A stretch of 64,000 nucleotides of DNA, taken from contig CAIMEY010000002.1 in the NCBI GenBank assembly GCA_903840165.1, positions 133,109 through 197,108 on the forward strand. Reading direction: 5' to 3'. This DNA is from an uncultured Myxococcales bacterium. Lineage in GTDB: Bacteria; Myxococcota_A; UBA9042. The notes under the pieces were generated by a model that saw nothing but the letters and a program-made list of their open reading frames with translations, did not search any database and was not told where the DNA came from. Of the stretch, positions 38,798 through 49,822 are shown one piece after another. A program made the translations under genes and the position numbers. The number at the start of each line of letters is the position of its first letter. The first letter of the stretch is position 1.

Positions 38798-39862
38798 CTA
38801 TGGCCAAGGCTTGCGGGACAAAAGTCCAGTGTATTCATCAAGGCCGAGCATGAGATTGAGCGATTGGATGGCCTGCCCAGCGCCGCCCTTGATCAAGTTG
38901 TCGAGTGCCGAGTGCATGACCACGGTACGCCGGCCGTCACGAACGATTTCCCCATATGTTGCAGCAATTTCTACGTACATTGAGCTGGCAACGGCATTGA
39001 CCTCGGGCAGGCGACCGCTGAGCACGCGGATCAGCCGATGCCCAGAAAAACATTGGTGGAGTGCGGCCTTGAGCTCTGTCTTGCTTACCTCGGCAGGAAT
39101 TTCTGCATAGCAGGTCGTCAGAATGCCGCGCACCAGGGGGGCCGAGACGGGCACGAAGTCGAGGGTTACATCACGCCCGCCACTTTGCCGAAGATTCTGT
39201 TCCACTTCAGGGACATGCTGATGATTGAGCGGTTTGTACGCGCGCAGGGTCTGGGCGCGAAGAGGATGGTGCGTGCCCAGGGCCGGATTGGCCCCTGAAC
39301 CGGAAGAACCTGTCATTGCAGTCACTTGCAGGCGTCCTTGCAGCCAGCCGGCCTTGGCCAGGGGCAGCAGCGCCAAGGTGATCGCCGTAGCAAAGCAGCC
39401 AGGGGATGCCACAGCCTGAGCACCTTGAATCGCTTGGCGATTCATCTCCGGCAGGCCGTACACAAACTGCCCGAGCCGCTGCGGTTGGGGGTGGGCGGCC
39501 TCGTAGTAGGTCTGGTAGAGCGATGCATCCAAGAGGCGATAATCACCCGACAAATCGATCACGCGCAGGCCCAAATCGACGTAGGCCGCGACGATGTCAG
39601 CGCTCACGCGGTGGGGCAGTCCGACGCAGACCAAATCTGCATGGGGCGCCACTTCGGCCGGCGCCAGATCCTCGATAATCAGGTCGGTTAGACCCGCCAG
39701 GGAAAGGTGAACATCGTCTAAGTGCTTGCCAATGCTGTCTTTTGCCACCAATTTGGTCACGGCCACGGCCGGGTGCACCAGCAGGTGTCGCAGTAGTTCG
39801 GCGCCGCCATAGCCTGTTGCACCGACCACGGCGACACGAATCGGGAAATTCTCTTGTCTCAT
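38798..39862 (-). CDS. argC: N-acetyl-gamma-glutamyl-phosphate reductase
   Basis: GATGYGG, IDLSGDYRL, VYGLPE, ASPGCF, DNLIKGGAGQAIQ. Confidence 0.95.
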   Translation of the reverse strand: MRQENFPIRVAVVGATGYGGAELLRHLLVHPAVAVTKLVAKDSIGKHLDDVHLSLAGLTDLIIEDLAPAEVAPHADLVCVGLPHRVSADIVAAYVDLGLRVIDLSGDYRLLDASLYQTYYEAAHPQPQRLGQFVYGLPEMNRQAIQGAQAVASPGCFATAITLALLPLAKAGWLQGRLQVTAMTGSSGSGANPALGTHHPLRAQTLRAYKPLNHQHVPEVEQNLRQSGGRDVTLDFVPVSAPLVRGILTTCYAEIPAEVSKTELKAALHQCFSGHRLIRVLSGRLPEVNAVASSMYVEIAATYGEIVRDGRRTVVMHSALDNLIKGGAGQAIQSLNLMLGLDEYTGLLSRKPWP

Positions 39863-40027
39863 CCTTGGTTCTCCCTGGTCCTTAGGGACCTGAGCCTTCG
39901 GCGACGGGCGCGTTCGCCTGTCTGCCTGCGACCTACACTTCTGTCAAGGTTCTTCATGGAAATCAATGGTTGGCAGCAGTCCGCGCTGACGTCGCGGCGG
40001 TGTGTGCCGCTCCGGCGCTGGGCGACC

Positions 40028-43000
40028 TCACGTCTCCAGCAGGGCCGCGCGCGCTTCCTTGTGCCCTGGTACCAGAGCCAGCGCATCCTCAAAGCAACTG
40101 CGGGCTTGGGCCGTTTGCTTACGCTTGAGGCGACAATTGCCCATGCCGACAAAGGCATCTGCGCGCACTTGCGCCTTGGTGCCAGGTCGTCGCGCCACCG
40201 CGTCAAAGAGCCTCATCGCTCGGTCCATGTCGCCAGCGCCAAGGTGAGCCCGTGCACAACCAAGGATCGCCTCTTGCTCATCTACCTGAATTTCCAAAGC
40301 TTGGTGGTAGTGGGTCCGCGCCGCCGCATAATCGTGCGCACCCTCAGCCGCATGGCCCGCCTGGATCAACCGAGCAAATCGCCCGGAATCGTCCAGGGTT
40401 TCATGCGCCAAGAGCCACTGGCTTAGCTGCAACGCCGCATGGAAGTCGCCGCTTGCTTGTAGCAGTGGCAGCAGCAGCGCATCGAGTTGCACGGTATCGC
40501 CGCCCAGGACATGGGCTTTTCGCAATGTGCTTGTCGCTTCCGTAACTTGCCCCAACTGCAGTTGAACCTGGCCCAGTTCAACATGCAAATCAAGCAGTTC
40601 ACCGCCCAACTCGAGGCGCAGCGTCGACCGTCCATCGCCATCTGCCAAGGCGTTGATCCACTGACGCAGCGATTCTGCTAATGCTTCATGGGAGTTCCGT
40701 GCCGCATAAAGGTCGCACAGCTTGCGCCGCGCCGCCCAGCGCTTCGGGTCCAGGCTCAAGAGCCGCTGATATTCCTTGATGGCCTTGCCCGGATTGTTCT
40801 GGCGTGTCGCATACAGGTCCGCCAATTGCTGATGCAGAACAATCTGTTCCTGTGGGTCTTTGCTGTCCCGCAGCAGCGCTTCCAGGCCCGTCAACGCCTG
40901 CTGCGCGTCGCCACTGCTGGCCTGCATCAAGCGTTGCACGTGGCGGGTAGCAGGATCACTCGGCGCAGATTTCAGCAGCAATTGCATGTGCTTGTCTGCG
41001 CTTGCTTCGTCATTCAGCTCCGTGAGCAGCACGCGAATCAGTTGCGCTTGCAGGGCGACGTGCCCGTCCTTGCGGGCCTCCTTGGCTAGGCGGTGCTCCG
41101 CGGCTTGGACCCAGGCGGCCCAGACCCGATGCTGATCGGCGATTCGCAGCAATTCATCAACAAGTACGGGGTTTTCAGCGTCATCCCCGAGGGCCGTCCT
41201 CAGCGCCTCGCAGGCCCCGTTGCCGTCTCCCCGCTCCGAACGCGCCTGCGCCAAACGCCGCAGGGTCAGCGTGCGCGTCGGCCCTGGCTGTAAGTGCTTA
41301 GCACGCAAGGCATAGAGCGGTTCCAGGCGTCGCGCCTCGTGGCCGGCTTGGCGCTCGAGGAACACAAAAGCCTCATCGTGGCCAGGGTCAGCGCGAAATG
41401 CTTCTTCATACAGGTCGTTGGCTCGATCTGCGTTCTTCAACTCGCGTGCCTGCAACCGCGCGGCTTCACAAAGGTGATCTGCACGCTCGACCGACCCGGC
41501 TGTGATGCGTGCAAGGACGACCAGGCTAGCTGCTAATGCCTGGGGATCATTGCGATCGCGCAGCAAATCAACGAGTTCCGCGTGGGCCTGTGGGTCATGG
41601 GCATCTAGGTCGCATAAGGCGCGCAGGGCGGCAACAGCGTCGTCCAGCTTGTCCAAAGTGCGAGCCAGACCCGCCACCCGGTGCAGGCCTAGGCGTTTCC
41701 GGTCTAAATTTTCAAGCCTTGCCACTCGACTCTGCCAAGCGCCGAGCAGGTCGGTCCAGCGTTCAGCCGCATCGTAGAGCGTCTCTAGCATCTCAAATGC
41801 ATCGTCATCTTCAGGGCTTCCCTGCACTAGGGTAACGAGGTGCCCCTCTGCCTTCTTGGTATCTCCCGCTTCAATCGCCTGTTGCGCTGCATAATGAAGG
41901 ACTTGCGCGAGATCACTGGGCGAAAGCGGTGCCGCCAGCACGGCAGCTGTTGCCTCAGCCAGCACGACACTGTCCTGGGGAAGCCGGGCAGCGTGGCGAA
42001 GTGCCAGCCACGTTGCGACGGACGGACTCGCACGCAGGGCGGCCGCCAGCGCTTGCACACCGTGGCCCAGATTGCTGGCGTGATTGGTTTCAATCCACGT
42101 GATTTCTTTGGCAATTTCCGACTGAGCTGCCGAATTCTGCGCCTTTTGCAGCTTGACCTGCAGCAGTTGCAGCACGCCGTCCCATTGCTGAGCGCCGCGC
42201 AAAAGCGGTTCGAGTTCGGCCAGGGCCTCGGCCTGCGTCGCCGGTTCAGCCGCCAACTGTAGGCCCAGGGCGACGGCGTCCGATTGCGTGGGATCGACGC
42301 GGAGCACATCGAGGACTAGGCGAAGCGTTTGGCGAGGTCGGCCGAGGAACCGTTCAATATCAGCAAGTTCCAAGCGCCACGCATTGACGTCGCCGGTTCC
42401 GAGCATGATCGCACGGGCCAGGTCTCGACCCAGCGCCGCTGCATCCCCAGACTCGCGACGGCAGGCCAACGTCGCTTCGCAGGCGTCCAAGTTGTCGGAG
42501 TCCTGGTCCCAGACCAGCGTCCATAAGTCAGCAGCTCGACTAGATAATCCGGCTTCTCGGCCAGCACCTGCGGCCAAGGATACCGCGTCGGACATGGCCT
42601 CGGGCGGTACCTCTTCGGCCGAAAGGGCGTCAAAGACTTGGTCCAGCCAAGCCTCGACCAAGTTGCCAGTGCGGGCGATATCCGAAGAAAGCGCAATCGC
42701 TTCAAGCGGTTCAACGCCATCGCGCACCTGGTCCATCAGCAAATCCAAGGCGTCTTGGTGTTGGCCAAGGTCATCGGCCACAGCCGAAGCCAGTGCCCGA
42801 CCTGCAGCCCCGCGCTCGGAGGCGGGCAGGGCAGCAAGCGCCATTTGCTGAATCTTCACAGCGAGATCGGCATGGCCTACTTCGCGAAGAATGGGCACTA
42901 GGGTCTCAGACGTTGCCGCCAGTAAGCCCTCATGGGATGCGTGGCTATTGAGAAATGCCCACAACTCAGCACTTTGCGGTGCAACAATAACGACTTGCGC

Positions 43001-46000
43001 CAAGTGACCGACGGCATCGCCGACATCCTCGGCCTGCAGGGCTAGCGCCGCGGCCTCTACACGCAAGGGTACAGAATCTAAGTCGTTCATGCCCTCGAGT
43101 GCATCGAGCCATGCCAATCGAGCCGCACCGATGTCGCCGACCTTGGTGAGCGCCCGCGCGTGCAGCACACGCATCGCCGCATGGTTTGGCTCTGCTTGTA
43201 GGACTCGCTGCGCAGCCAACAGTGCCTCAGGCCACCGGTTTTGTGCCGCCAGGGCCGTTGCGACCGCCGCAGACTCAGCCGCTTGCAGTCGATCTCCCAG
43301 GCGCCGCCCAAGGTCAATAAGCAGTTGTTGATCCAGCTGTTCCATGGCAACAGCCAAACGCGCGCGCAGGGGAGCCTCGGCCTGCGGACTCAGGGCCAGG
43401 GCGGCGTCGAGGGCGTGGATCTGATCGCCCACATCCTCGGTCAACGCCGCGATTTCCAACCAGAGTTCGGCTGCTGCGTCAGGCGTCTTGTCTTGCAGTT
43501 GCTCGGCCCGCGTTTGCAGGTGGTGGCGCAGCGCCTCCGCATCGCCTTGAGCCCGTGCGTCCGCCTCGAGCCAAGCCTGCGCCGGGGCCTGATCTGAAGT
43601 AGATGCTGCCAAAAGCCCGGCAAATACGCGGGCTTGCTCGGTCAGCTCCTCATGTCCCCGGGCCAGCGCAAAGCCGGTTTGTGCAATCGCGTCGGCGTCT
43701 TCGCGCCCGGCATCGGCGATGTCGAGCAAGCTCGCCGTGGCGACTGCGGCAGAATCTACTGATTGTGCTACAGTTTCAAGCGCTTGCAATACTGAATGAA
43801 TGGGTGCCGGGGTCAAAGCCTGCAGCAACCATTGCAGGGCCTGATCGGCATCCTTCAAATGATCGCGTGCGAAAATGCCTAATTCCAACCAATTATCGCG
43901 GGCTTGCGCAGGCTCGAGGTACTCACTCGCCAGCAAATGGGCTTGAAGCCATGAGTCGGGGTCTCGGTCCGGATTCACGTCGGCTAAACGCCATTGAATC
44001 GCCGTCTTGGCTTGGTCCGGCTTCAGCTCGGCAAGGCTCATGGCCAAGCGCGTCACTGCTTCACTGGTCGCCCTGGTTTCTGCCCCCAGATCACGAATTT
44101 CAGCAATGGCGGCAAAGAGTTCAGGCGCAGCATTCTGTTCGATCAGTTGGCGGGCCAGCAGGCGCAGCACCGTGGGCTGATCCCCTTGCTGCCTAGCCTG
44201 GGCCAGGGCCTGCTGAACGCGCGCAGCATCCTGACCACGTAGCGCATCGGCTTGTTCGTCCAAGCCCGCGGAATGCGCCATTTGCGTTGCAATTTCAAGC
44301 CAATGTGATGCATCTGCCGCGCCGGGTTCCGCCTGCAAGAGCTCATCGATCAAAGCGAAGCCTGCAGCGCTCTGTCCGAGGTAACGGTGCAGAATCTGTG
44401 CTAGTTCTACCTGAACCTGTTGGTGCTGCTGGACCGTTCCCGTGCGCAGCAGACTCAGACGCAGGTGGTCGGCCAGACGCGGCCAACGGTCGCTCTCGGG
44501 TAGCTCCTGTAACGCCGCGGCGCGCAAGGCGAAAGCCTCGTCGTGGTGCGCGTCCTGAGCCAGAACCAGGTCGAGCACATCGACCATCCGCGCAAAATCA
44601 TTGCGGGCATAGGCGCGTTCGGCCAACTTCAGGCGCTCGGCCGTTCTCTGCTGATCATCGGCAAGCCATTGACTTGCATCGCGAACGATGTCGTCGATGT
44701 CGCCGCCTTGGTCCATCGCGTCTGCAAGGCGGAGCACCTCAGCCACGGCTCTGTTGTGCCACGTGCCGTCCAGCAGGGGCAGCCACGTGCCCAAGGCCGC
44801 GCCAAGGTCGTGCAGGGAATTCTCAAACACGGACGCTAGGTTGGCGCGGATCTCTTGCTGTGAATTGCCCTCGGAAATCGGCACGGTTGCCAGGAGTCCC
44901 TGCAAAGCAGCGGCTTGTGTGGCAAAATCGCCGCGATCTCGTGCTGATTCGGCCCACAAGTTGAGGGCAAAATGCACGACCTGCGGATCGCCAGATTCAC
45001 TGAGATTCTGAAGGGTTGCGTCGCTTAGCTTGGGCTCAACTAGCAGGGCCAAACGCTTGACGGCGCTCTTGGCGGCCTCCGCGGTCGGGGCGCTGGCCAG
45101 AAAAGTGCAGGCCGCAGTAAAGGCGCCAGCAATATCAGATTGTTGTGCCTCGCGCAGCGCAATCAAACGTTGCCACGCGGCGCCATCACCGGCCTCGCCC
45201 CGGCGTTGCAGGACGGTCGCCAAACTGGCCGTGTCACCGCGCATGTCGAGCAACTGCTCGAGGCGATCGGCCTGAATCGACAGGGAAAGATCGACCCCAG
45301 CCTCGGCCGATTTCAGCCAATTACCAAGGGCTTGCGTGGCTGCTTGGTCCTGTCCAGGATCGCTGTCCAGCGCCTGCAGCCAGTGGTCCAGCGCGGCGCG
45401 CGGATCGGCTCCCCGCTCAAGGAGATCCGCCAATTCAAGACGCCAAATCTGTAGTTGCGCCGCATCCACATCCGCTGCCGGTTGCTTGAGGCGCAACTGC
45501 AGTTCGGTCGCTAGGGCCTGGGGCGTGTCCCATTGGCGAATGGCATCAAGAACCGCCGCGGCAACTTCCTGACTTTCGGGAAGATTCTCGCGCGCGCGCC
45601 TCAAAGCATCCAGCGCCTCAGCGGGGGATTGCCGCTCATCGCTGTGCAGGGCCGCCAGGCGCAGCCAACTCATCATGCGATCGTCGGCACTTAGGTCGGC
45701 GACGATTCGCTGCTCGAGCGCCAAAGCCAGCGCGTCCAAGTCATTGGATTCACGCAGTAATGTCTCAAGCTCTTCGTGCAAATCGTGGCGATCGGGCACC
45801 AGCTCCAAGAGCCATCTCAACACGATGGCGGCCAGGTCGCGGTCGCCCTGCCCAAGCGCGCGCTGCACCGTCAATTGCCCCAAAACTACAGCTTTTTGGC
45901 GGTCTTGCAGGACCGTCACCTCGTCCTGGGGCGCAAGGCCCAGGGCTGCACAGGCTAGGCCCGTCCATTCGCCCGGCCTCTCGGCTGCATCGGCCAAATC

Positions 46001-49000
46001 TGCAGCGAGTTGCCAGCGAGAAAAGGCTGTCGGATCAACGCGTAAGACCGGCAGTAACCCGTCCAGGGCGCGTCCAGGGTCGCTCGCTTGCAACTGCAGA
46101 GCCAGGTCATCGGCGCGCAGGGCCCTCTTGGTGGGATCTGTCTCGGCAAGCTGCAGAATTTCCTGGCATATCAACGCTTCCTGATCGCGGCCTTGGCGTT
46201 CCAGCACCGGCAGCAGGGCGGCTGCCAGTGGCGCGTGCTTGGCCTGCAGATCCAGCCGACTCTGGGCGATACTGATCAATTCAAGTTGTTGATCAAGGAG
46301 TTCATCAACATCGCCCATCTCACGCACAAGACTCAGCACCGCCGCGGGGACAGGTGCATCCACCGGCGTCTGGCTCAACCGGTCCACCGCGGCTTGGAGG
46401 CGGGCTGCCTGATGTTCAGCTGATAATTCAAGGACTTGATCGAGTGCGTTCTGCCACGCCAGTTGGCCAGCGTCCGTCGCGGTGCCGTCTTTTGGCGCCA
46501 GGGCTCGGGCCAGACCGATGCGGCCTTCGGCTGAGGCAGGGTCATGGGCAAGCAGTTGCGCGTAAAGGTCAGCGACAAGTGCCTGATCATGAAGGGAAAT
46601 ATCCGCTTGCTCAGCAGCTCGCAGCAGCCATTGGCTGCGTTCAGGCCCAGTGCTGAGGCTGGCACGGCGGCGCAGCGAGTCGACCACAGTAGCCCAGTCC
46701 CCTTGCGAGGCTGCGATTTCCTGGCGAATATCAAGGAGTTCTGGCTGGTCGGCGCCTTGGGCGTCATCGCTGGAGGCCAGGGCCCTTTGCACCGCGCGGG
46801 CAGCCAGGTCGAAATCTTCATGCTTGATGCTAAGTTGCGCAATCTGTCGCCACAGCGGCGCCAGGGCCTGACGCACCGAGGCATCATCTCCCGCGGAATC
46901 CTGTGCAATTTCAGCCCACGCGGCCAATCGGTCGGCAGTTCCTGCACCTTGACCGGCCAGGACGGCGAGTTCGGCGTAGCGACCGCACCAATGAATCGCC
47001 TGGGCGATCTCGGCGTCCACCAGGAGCTCTTCAGCCAATTCCGCTGCATATTCGCTGGCTTGCTCGGGCATTTGCACCCGCGCACAGGCCTCGATTCGCT
47101 GTAGACGCCAGGCTCGGCCCGTGGTCGACGGATCCCCAGCGCACAGGGCATCCAGGGCTTCCAGTTCGAGGCCCGCAATGTGGGCCTTGACCGCGAAATC
47201 CAAAAGCATTTGTGCGGCAGCTTTCACATCTTCCCCGGCCGACGAACCAATGCTGATCGTCGACCTCAAGGCATGGCCGGCGACCAGTGCCGCCCGTTCC
47301 AATTGGTCCGGGCAAGAAGCCAGCGCCCGCGCAGCCTGGGTCTGCAGATCGGCGCGCAGTTTGGTGGCATCGGCCGCCAGGCGTGATTCGCAGTCCTGGG
47401 CAAAAGCTGCAAAATCTTCAGCACCTGCGGGCGTGTCGGCAAAAAGGCTTCGTGCCGTCTGCACCTGTCCACCGAGGACTTGGGCCCGGGCCAGCAGAGA
47501 AACAGCCACGTCGTGGTGTGGGTTCAGGGCGTGGAGCTGCGTCGCCGTCGCCAAGGCTGCTGGCGAATCGCCCAGGACTTCATCTTGCAACGTCGCAAGT
47601 TGGCTGAGGAATTGGCATTTTGTCGCCGAATCTTGGCCGGGTGCCTGCACTTGCGCCTGCAGGGCAGCGGCAAGGGCCTCGGCCTGATCGCCACTGGCGC
47701 ACAATCGCGTCAATGCCTGTAATGACAAGGTGTTGCCAGGTGAAACAGCGAGGTGAAGCTCAAACAAGCGCACAGCGATCGGTTCGCTCAGTTCCTCAGC
47801 AAGAATCGCTGCTTCACGCAGGTACTCACTCAGCGTGGTCGGCACACCCGCCGTCCAGCGCCCTGTCAGGTCGGCCGCCGTCACTTGGCGCACGTCTTGC
47901 TGCAGTTGAGCCGTGATGAGGCCAAGGTAAGCCCGTAAAAGTGCACTGGAATCACCGCGGTCTCGCAGAGCGGTCAGCCAAGCCTGCGCGACGCCTGCGT
48001 GGTTCGGGGCGTGGGCGGTGGCGCGCTCCAACGCTGCCAACTGGGCCGCAGCATTCCCTTGTTGTCCATAAACATCAGCTAGTTGCAGTAGCCATGGCAC
48101 CAAGGCCGCCGCATCGCCACCAGCAGCAACTGCGGCCTCCAGGATGGCTACAGCCTCATCGGGATTTGCTGCAGCGACCGAGGCCTCGACGGCTTGGGCA
48201 TGGCCTGGTGCTAGGGCAAGTACCTGAGTCCAAGCTTGTTTTGCCAGGGCAGCATCCGCCAGAGGTCCTTGAGGGTCGTGCAGTGCTGCCACCCGTGCCA
48301 GGATTGAAGCGGCGCGCTGCAGGGCGGAAGCGTCGAGCGCGGCCCGGTTCACAAGCGCTCGCACAGCGCGGTCTAGGAGCTCACGCAGGGCCTGCCAACG
48401 GCCTTGCTGCTGATAGAGCCGTTCCAGAGCCGTAGTTGCTTCGACCTGATCGGGCTGCACCGTGAGCACGCGCTGCCAAGCTTCCACGGCGCGATCGGGA
48501 GTGGCCAACGGGCCTTCGCACAAGCGCGCGATTTCAGAAGCAATTCGAATGACTTCACGACCTTCGCTCACGGCCAAACGCTGCGTGAGGGCCACCAAGA
48601 GCCGCTTGTGATCGCCGGAGTCCCGGTACCAGTTCTCAAAGAAGTTCAGGGCTTCAGCGTTGTGTGGCGCAAGGGTTCGCACGCGACGCAATTGCCGTTC
48701 GGCCTTGTCTAGCTCGGACTTCTCCTGCGTTTCGCGATAGCGATCCTGCGCAACCCAGGAAAGTGCAAGGCAAATTACAGCTTCACCTTCGCGATCCCTC
48801 TCGCGCACGGCATCGGCCCGCAGCTTGTCTAGGGCAGACTCGAGCCCTTCGCCCGCAGCCAACACGCCGGTGACAAGGTGGCGCGCCCGCAGCACTTGAT
48901 CATCGGGCAACGCTTGGCACAGCACGGTGAGGGCCACGTGAGCGGCACCCGGCAAGGTGCGATCCACGTCATGCAGGTTGGCCAATTCGTCGGCCAGCGG

Positions 49001-49822
49001 CAAACGTTGGGCCGGCGAGGCCTGCGAATTCAGGCAGGCAACCAAGGCCTTAGCCAACTCGTCGCGGTCGCCGGTCGCTCTGGCGACTTCCACCCAACGT
49101 GGCGTAATTTCACCAATAGATTCAGTCGTTCCGCTGCTTGCCGTCAGCAACTCTACCGCATCGGCCAGAACGGCTGCGGCATCGGCCAGAGGTTCCTCCC
49201 CGTCGATGAGTAATTCCGCATAACCTACAAGGATTTGCGCTCGGTCTTCTTCCGGTGCCTCGGCAATCGCAAGACGTTGTCCAGCCAAAAGGGCCTGGCG
49301 ATCCTGCTGCTGTTGGGTCGCGATATCATGCAAGTCTGCAATTTCAGAGTTGTCTGGCTGGAGCTTGGCCAATTGCGCCAGCGCTACCAACGCCGATTGA
49401 CCGTGCCCGCGCTGGACATGGCTCTGCGCCGCCCGCAGCCAGGACTCCGCTTTGGCATCCGGATCGGTGTCGAGGTCTGCTATGGAATCAATGAGGTTTC
49501 CCAGGCGATTGAGGCGTGCGAAGGCCTCGTCCTGCTCCGCCAGGACAAGGAGACGCTTGCCGGTCGCGGGCGTTGGATGCAGGCGAAAGGATTCGCGAAA
49601 TAGGTCAAGCGCCCGGCCAGGATCCTGGGCAAAGACACAGCGAGCGGCGCGATCTAACAAGGCTGCACGCACGGCAGGGTGCGGTTCGGCCGAGGCCAGC
49701 GCTAGCAACTGCCCGGCGGCAAACTCTCGCGGCTCTGGTCCGGCATTCTGGCGCAGAAGAGCAGCAATTTCAAGGATGTCTTGTTCACTCGGTGGCGGCG
49801 TGGCGCCGGGGCTCTGCAGCAT
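40028..49822 (-). CDS. Giant (3264 aa) TPR protein, AgmK-like
   Basis: Recurrent helical repeats such as AVEAWQRVLTVQPDQVEATTALERLY and AIKEYQRLLSLDP. Size and repeat style resemble myxobacterial AgmK-type proteins; orthology not shown. Confidence 0.8.
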   Translation of the reverse strand: MLQSPGATPPPSEQDILEIAALLRQNAGPEPREFAAGQLLALASAEPHPAVRAALLDRAARCVFAQDPGRALDLFRESFRLHPTPATGKRLLVLAEQDEAFARLNRLGNLIDSIADLDTDPDAKAESWLRAAQSHVQRGHGQSALVALAQLAKLQPDNSEIADLHDIATQQQQDRQALLAGQRLAIAEAPEEDRAQILVGYAELLIDGEEPLADAAAVLADAVELLTASSGTTESIGEITPRWVEVARATGDRDELAKALVACLNSQASPAQRLPLADELANLHDVDRTLPGAAHVALTVLCQALPDDQVLRARHLVTGVLAAGEGLESALDKLRADAVRERDREGEAVICLALSWVAQDRYRETQEKSELDKAERQLRRVRTLAPHNAEALNFFENWYRDSGDHKRLLVALTQRLAVSEGREVIRIASEIARLCEGPLATPDRAVEAWQRVLTVQPDQVEATTALERLYQQQGRWQALRELLDRAVRALVNRAALDASALQRAASILARVAALHDPQGPLADAALAKQAWTQVLALAPGHAQAVEASVAAANPDEAVAILEAAVAAGGDAAALVPWLLQLADVYGQQGNAAAQLAALERATAHAPNHAGVAQAWLTALRDRGDSSALLRAYLGLITAQLQQDVRQVTAADLTGRWTAGVPTTLSEYLREAAILAEELSEPIAVRLFELHLAVSPGNTLSLQALTRLCASGDQAEALAAALQAQVQAPGQDSATKCQFLSQLATLQDEVLGDSPAALATATQLHALNPHHDVAVSLLARAQVLGGQVQTARSLFADTPAGAEDFAAFAQDCESRLAADATKLRADLQTQAARALASCPDQLERAALVAGHALRSTISIGSSAGEDVKAAAQMLLDFAVKAHIAGLELEALDALCAGDPSTTGRAWRLQRIEACARVQMPEQASEYAAELAEELLVDAEIAQAIHWCGRYAELAVLAGQGAGTADRLAAWAEIAQDSAGDDASVRQALAPLWRQIAQLSIKHEDFDLAARAVQRALASSDDAQGADQPELLDIRQEIAASQGDWATVVDSLRRRASLSTGPERSQWLLRAAEQADISLHDQALVADLYAQLLAHDPASAEGRIGLARALAPKDGTATDAGQLAWQNALDQVLELSAEHQAARLQAAVDRLSQTPVDAPVPAAVLSLVREMGDVDELLDQQLELISIAQSRLDLQAKHAPLAAALLPVLERQGRDQEALICQEILQLAETDPTKRALRADDLALQLQASDPGRALDGLLPVLRVDPTAFSRWQLAADLADAAERPGEWTGLACAALGLAPQDEVTVLQDRQKAVVLGQLTVQRALGQGDRDLAAIVLRWLLELVPDRHDLHEELETLLRESNDLDALALALEQRIVADLSADDRMMSWLRLAALHSDERQSPAEALDALRRARENLPESQEVAAAVLDAIRQWDTPQALATELQLRLKQPAADVDAAQLQIWRLELADLLERGADPRAALDHWLQALDSDPGQDQAATQALGNWLKSAEAGVDLSLSIQADRLEQLLDMRGDTASLATVLQRRGEAGDGAAWQRLIALREAQQSDIAGAFTAACTFLASAPTAEAAKSAVKRLALLVEPKLSDATLQNLSESGDPQVVHFALNLWAESARDRGDFATQAAALQGLLATVPISEGNSQQEIRANLASVFENSLHDLGAALGTWLPLLDGTWHNRAVAEVLRLADAMDQGGDIDDIVRDASQWLADDQQRTAERLKLAERAYARNDFARMVDVLDLVLAQDAHHDEAFALRAAALQELPESDRWPRLADHLRLSLLRTGTVQQHQQVQVELAQILHRYLGQSAAGFALIDELLQAEPGAADASHWLEIATQMAHSAGLDEQADALRGQDAARVQQALAQARQQGDQPTVLRLLARQLIEQNAAPELFAAIAEIRDLGAETRATSEAVTRLAMSLAELKPDQAKTAIQWRLADVNPDRDPDSWLQAHLLASEYLEPAQARDNWLELGIFARDHLKDADQALQWLLQALTPAPIHSVLQALETVAQSVDSAAVATASLLDIADAGREDADAIAQTGFALARGHEELTEQARVFAGLLAASTSDQAPAQAWLEADARAQGDAEALRHHLQTRAEQLQDKTPDAAAELWLEIAALTEDVGDQIHALDAALALSPQAEAPLRARLAVAMEQLDQQLLIDLGRRLGDRLQAAESAAVATALAAQNRWPEALLAAQRVLQAEPNHAAMRVLHARALTKVGDIGAARLAWLDALEGMNDLDSVPLRVEAAALALQAEDVGDAVGHLAQVVIVAPQSAELWAFLNSHASHEGLLAATSETLVPILREVGHADLAVKIQQMALAALPASERGAAGRALASAVADDLGQHQDALDLLMDQVRDGVEPLEAIALSSDIARTGNLVEAWLDQVFDALSAEEVPPEAMSDAVSLAAGAGREAGLSSRAADLWTLVWDQDSDNLDACEATLACRRESGDAAALGRDLARAIMLGTGDVNAWRLELADIERFLGRPRQTLRLVLDVLRVDPTQSDAVALGLQLAAEPATQAEALAELEPLLRGAQQWDGVLQLLQVKLQKAQNSAAQSEIAKEITWIETNHASNLGHGVQALAAALRASPSVATWLALRHAARLPQDSVVLAEATAAVLAAPLSPSDLAQVLHYAAQQAIEAGDTKKAEGHLVTLVQGSPEDDDAFEMLETLYDAAERWTDLLGAWQSRVARLENLDRKRLGLHRVAGLARTLDKLDDAVAALRALCDLDAHDPQAHAELVDLLRDRNDPQALAASLVVLARITAGSVERADHLCEAARLQARELKNADRANDLYEEAFRADPGHDEAFVFLERQAGHEARRLEPLYALRAKHLQPGPTRTLTLRRLAQARSERGDGNGACEALRTALGDDAENPVLVDELLRIADQHRVWAAWVQAAEHRLAKEARKDGHVALQAQLIRVLLTELNDEASADKHMQLLLKSAPSDPATRHVQRLMQASSGDAQQALTGLEALLRDSKDPQEQIVLHQQLADLYATRQNNPGKAIKEYQRLLSLDPKRWAARRKLCDLYAARNSHEALAESLRQWINALADGDGRSTLRLELGGELLDLHVELGQVQLQLGQVTEATSTLRKAHVLGGDTVQLDALLLPLLQASGDFHAALQLSQWLLAHETLDDSGRFARLIQAGHAAEGAHDYAAARTHYHQALEIQVDEQEAILGCARAHLGAGDMDRAMRLFDAVARRPGTKAQVRADAFVGMGNCRLKRKQTAQARSCFEDALALVPGHKEARAALLET

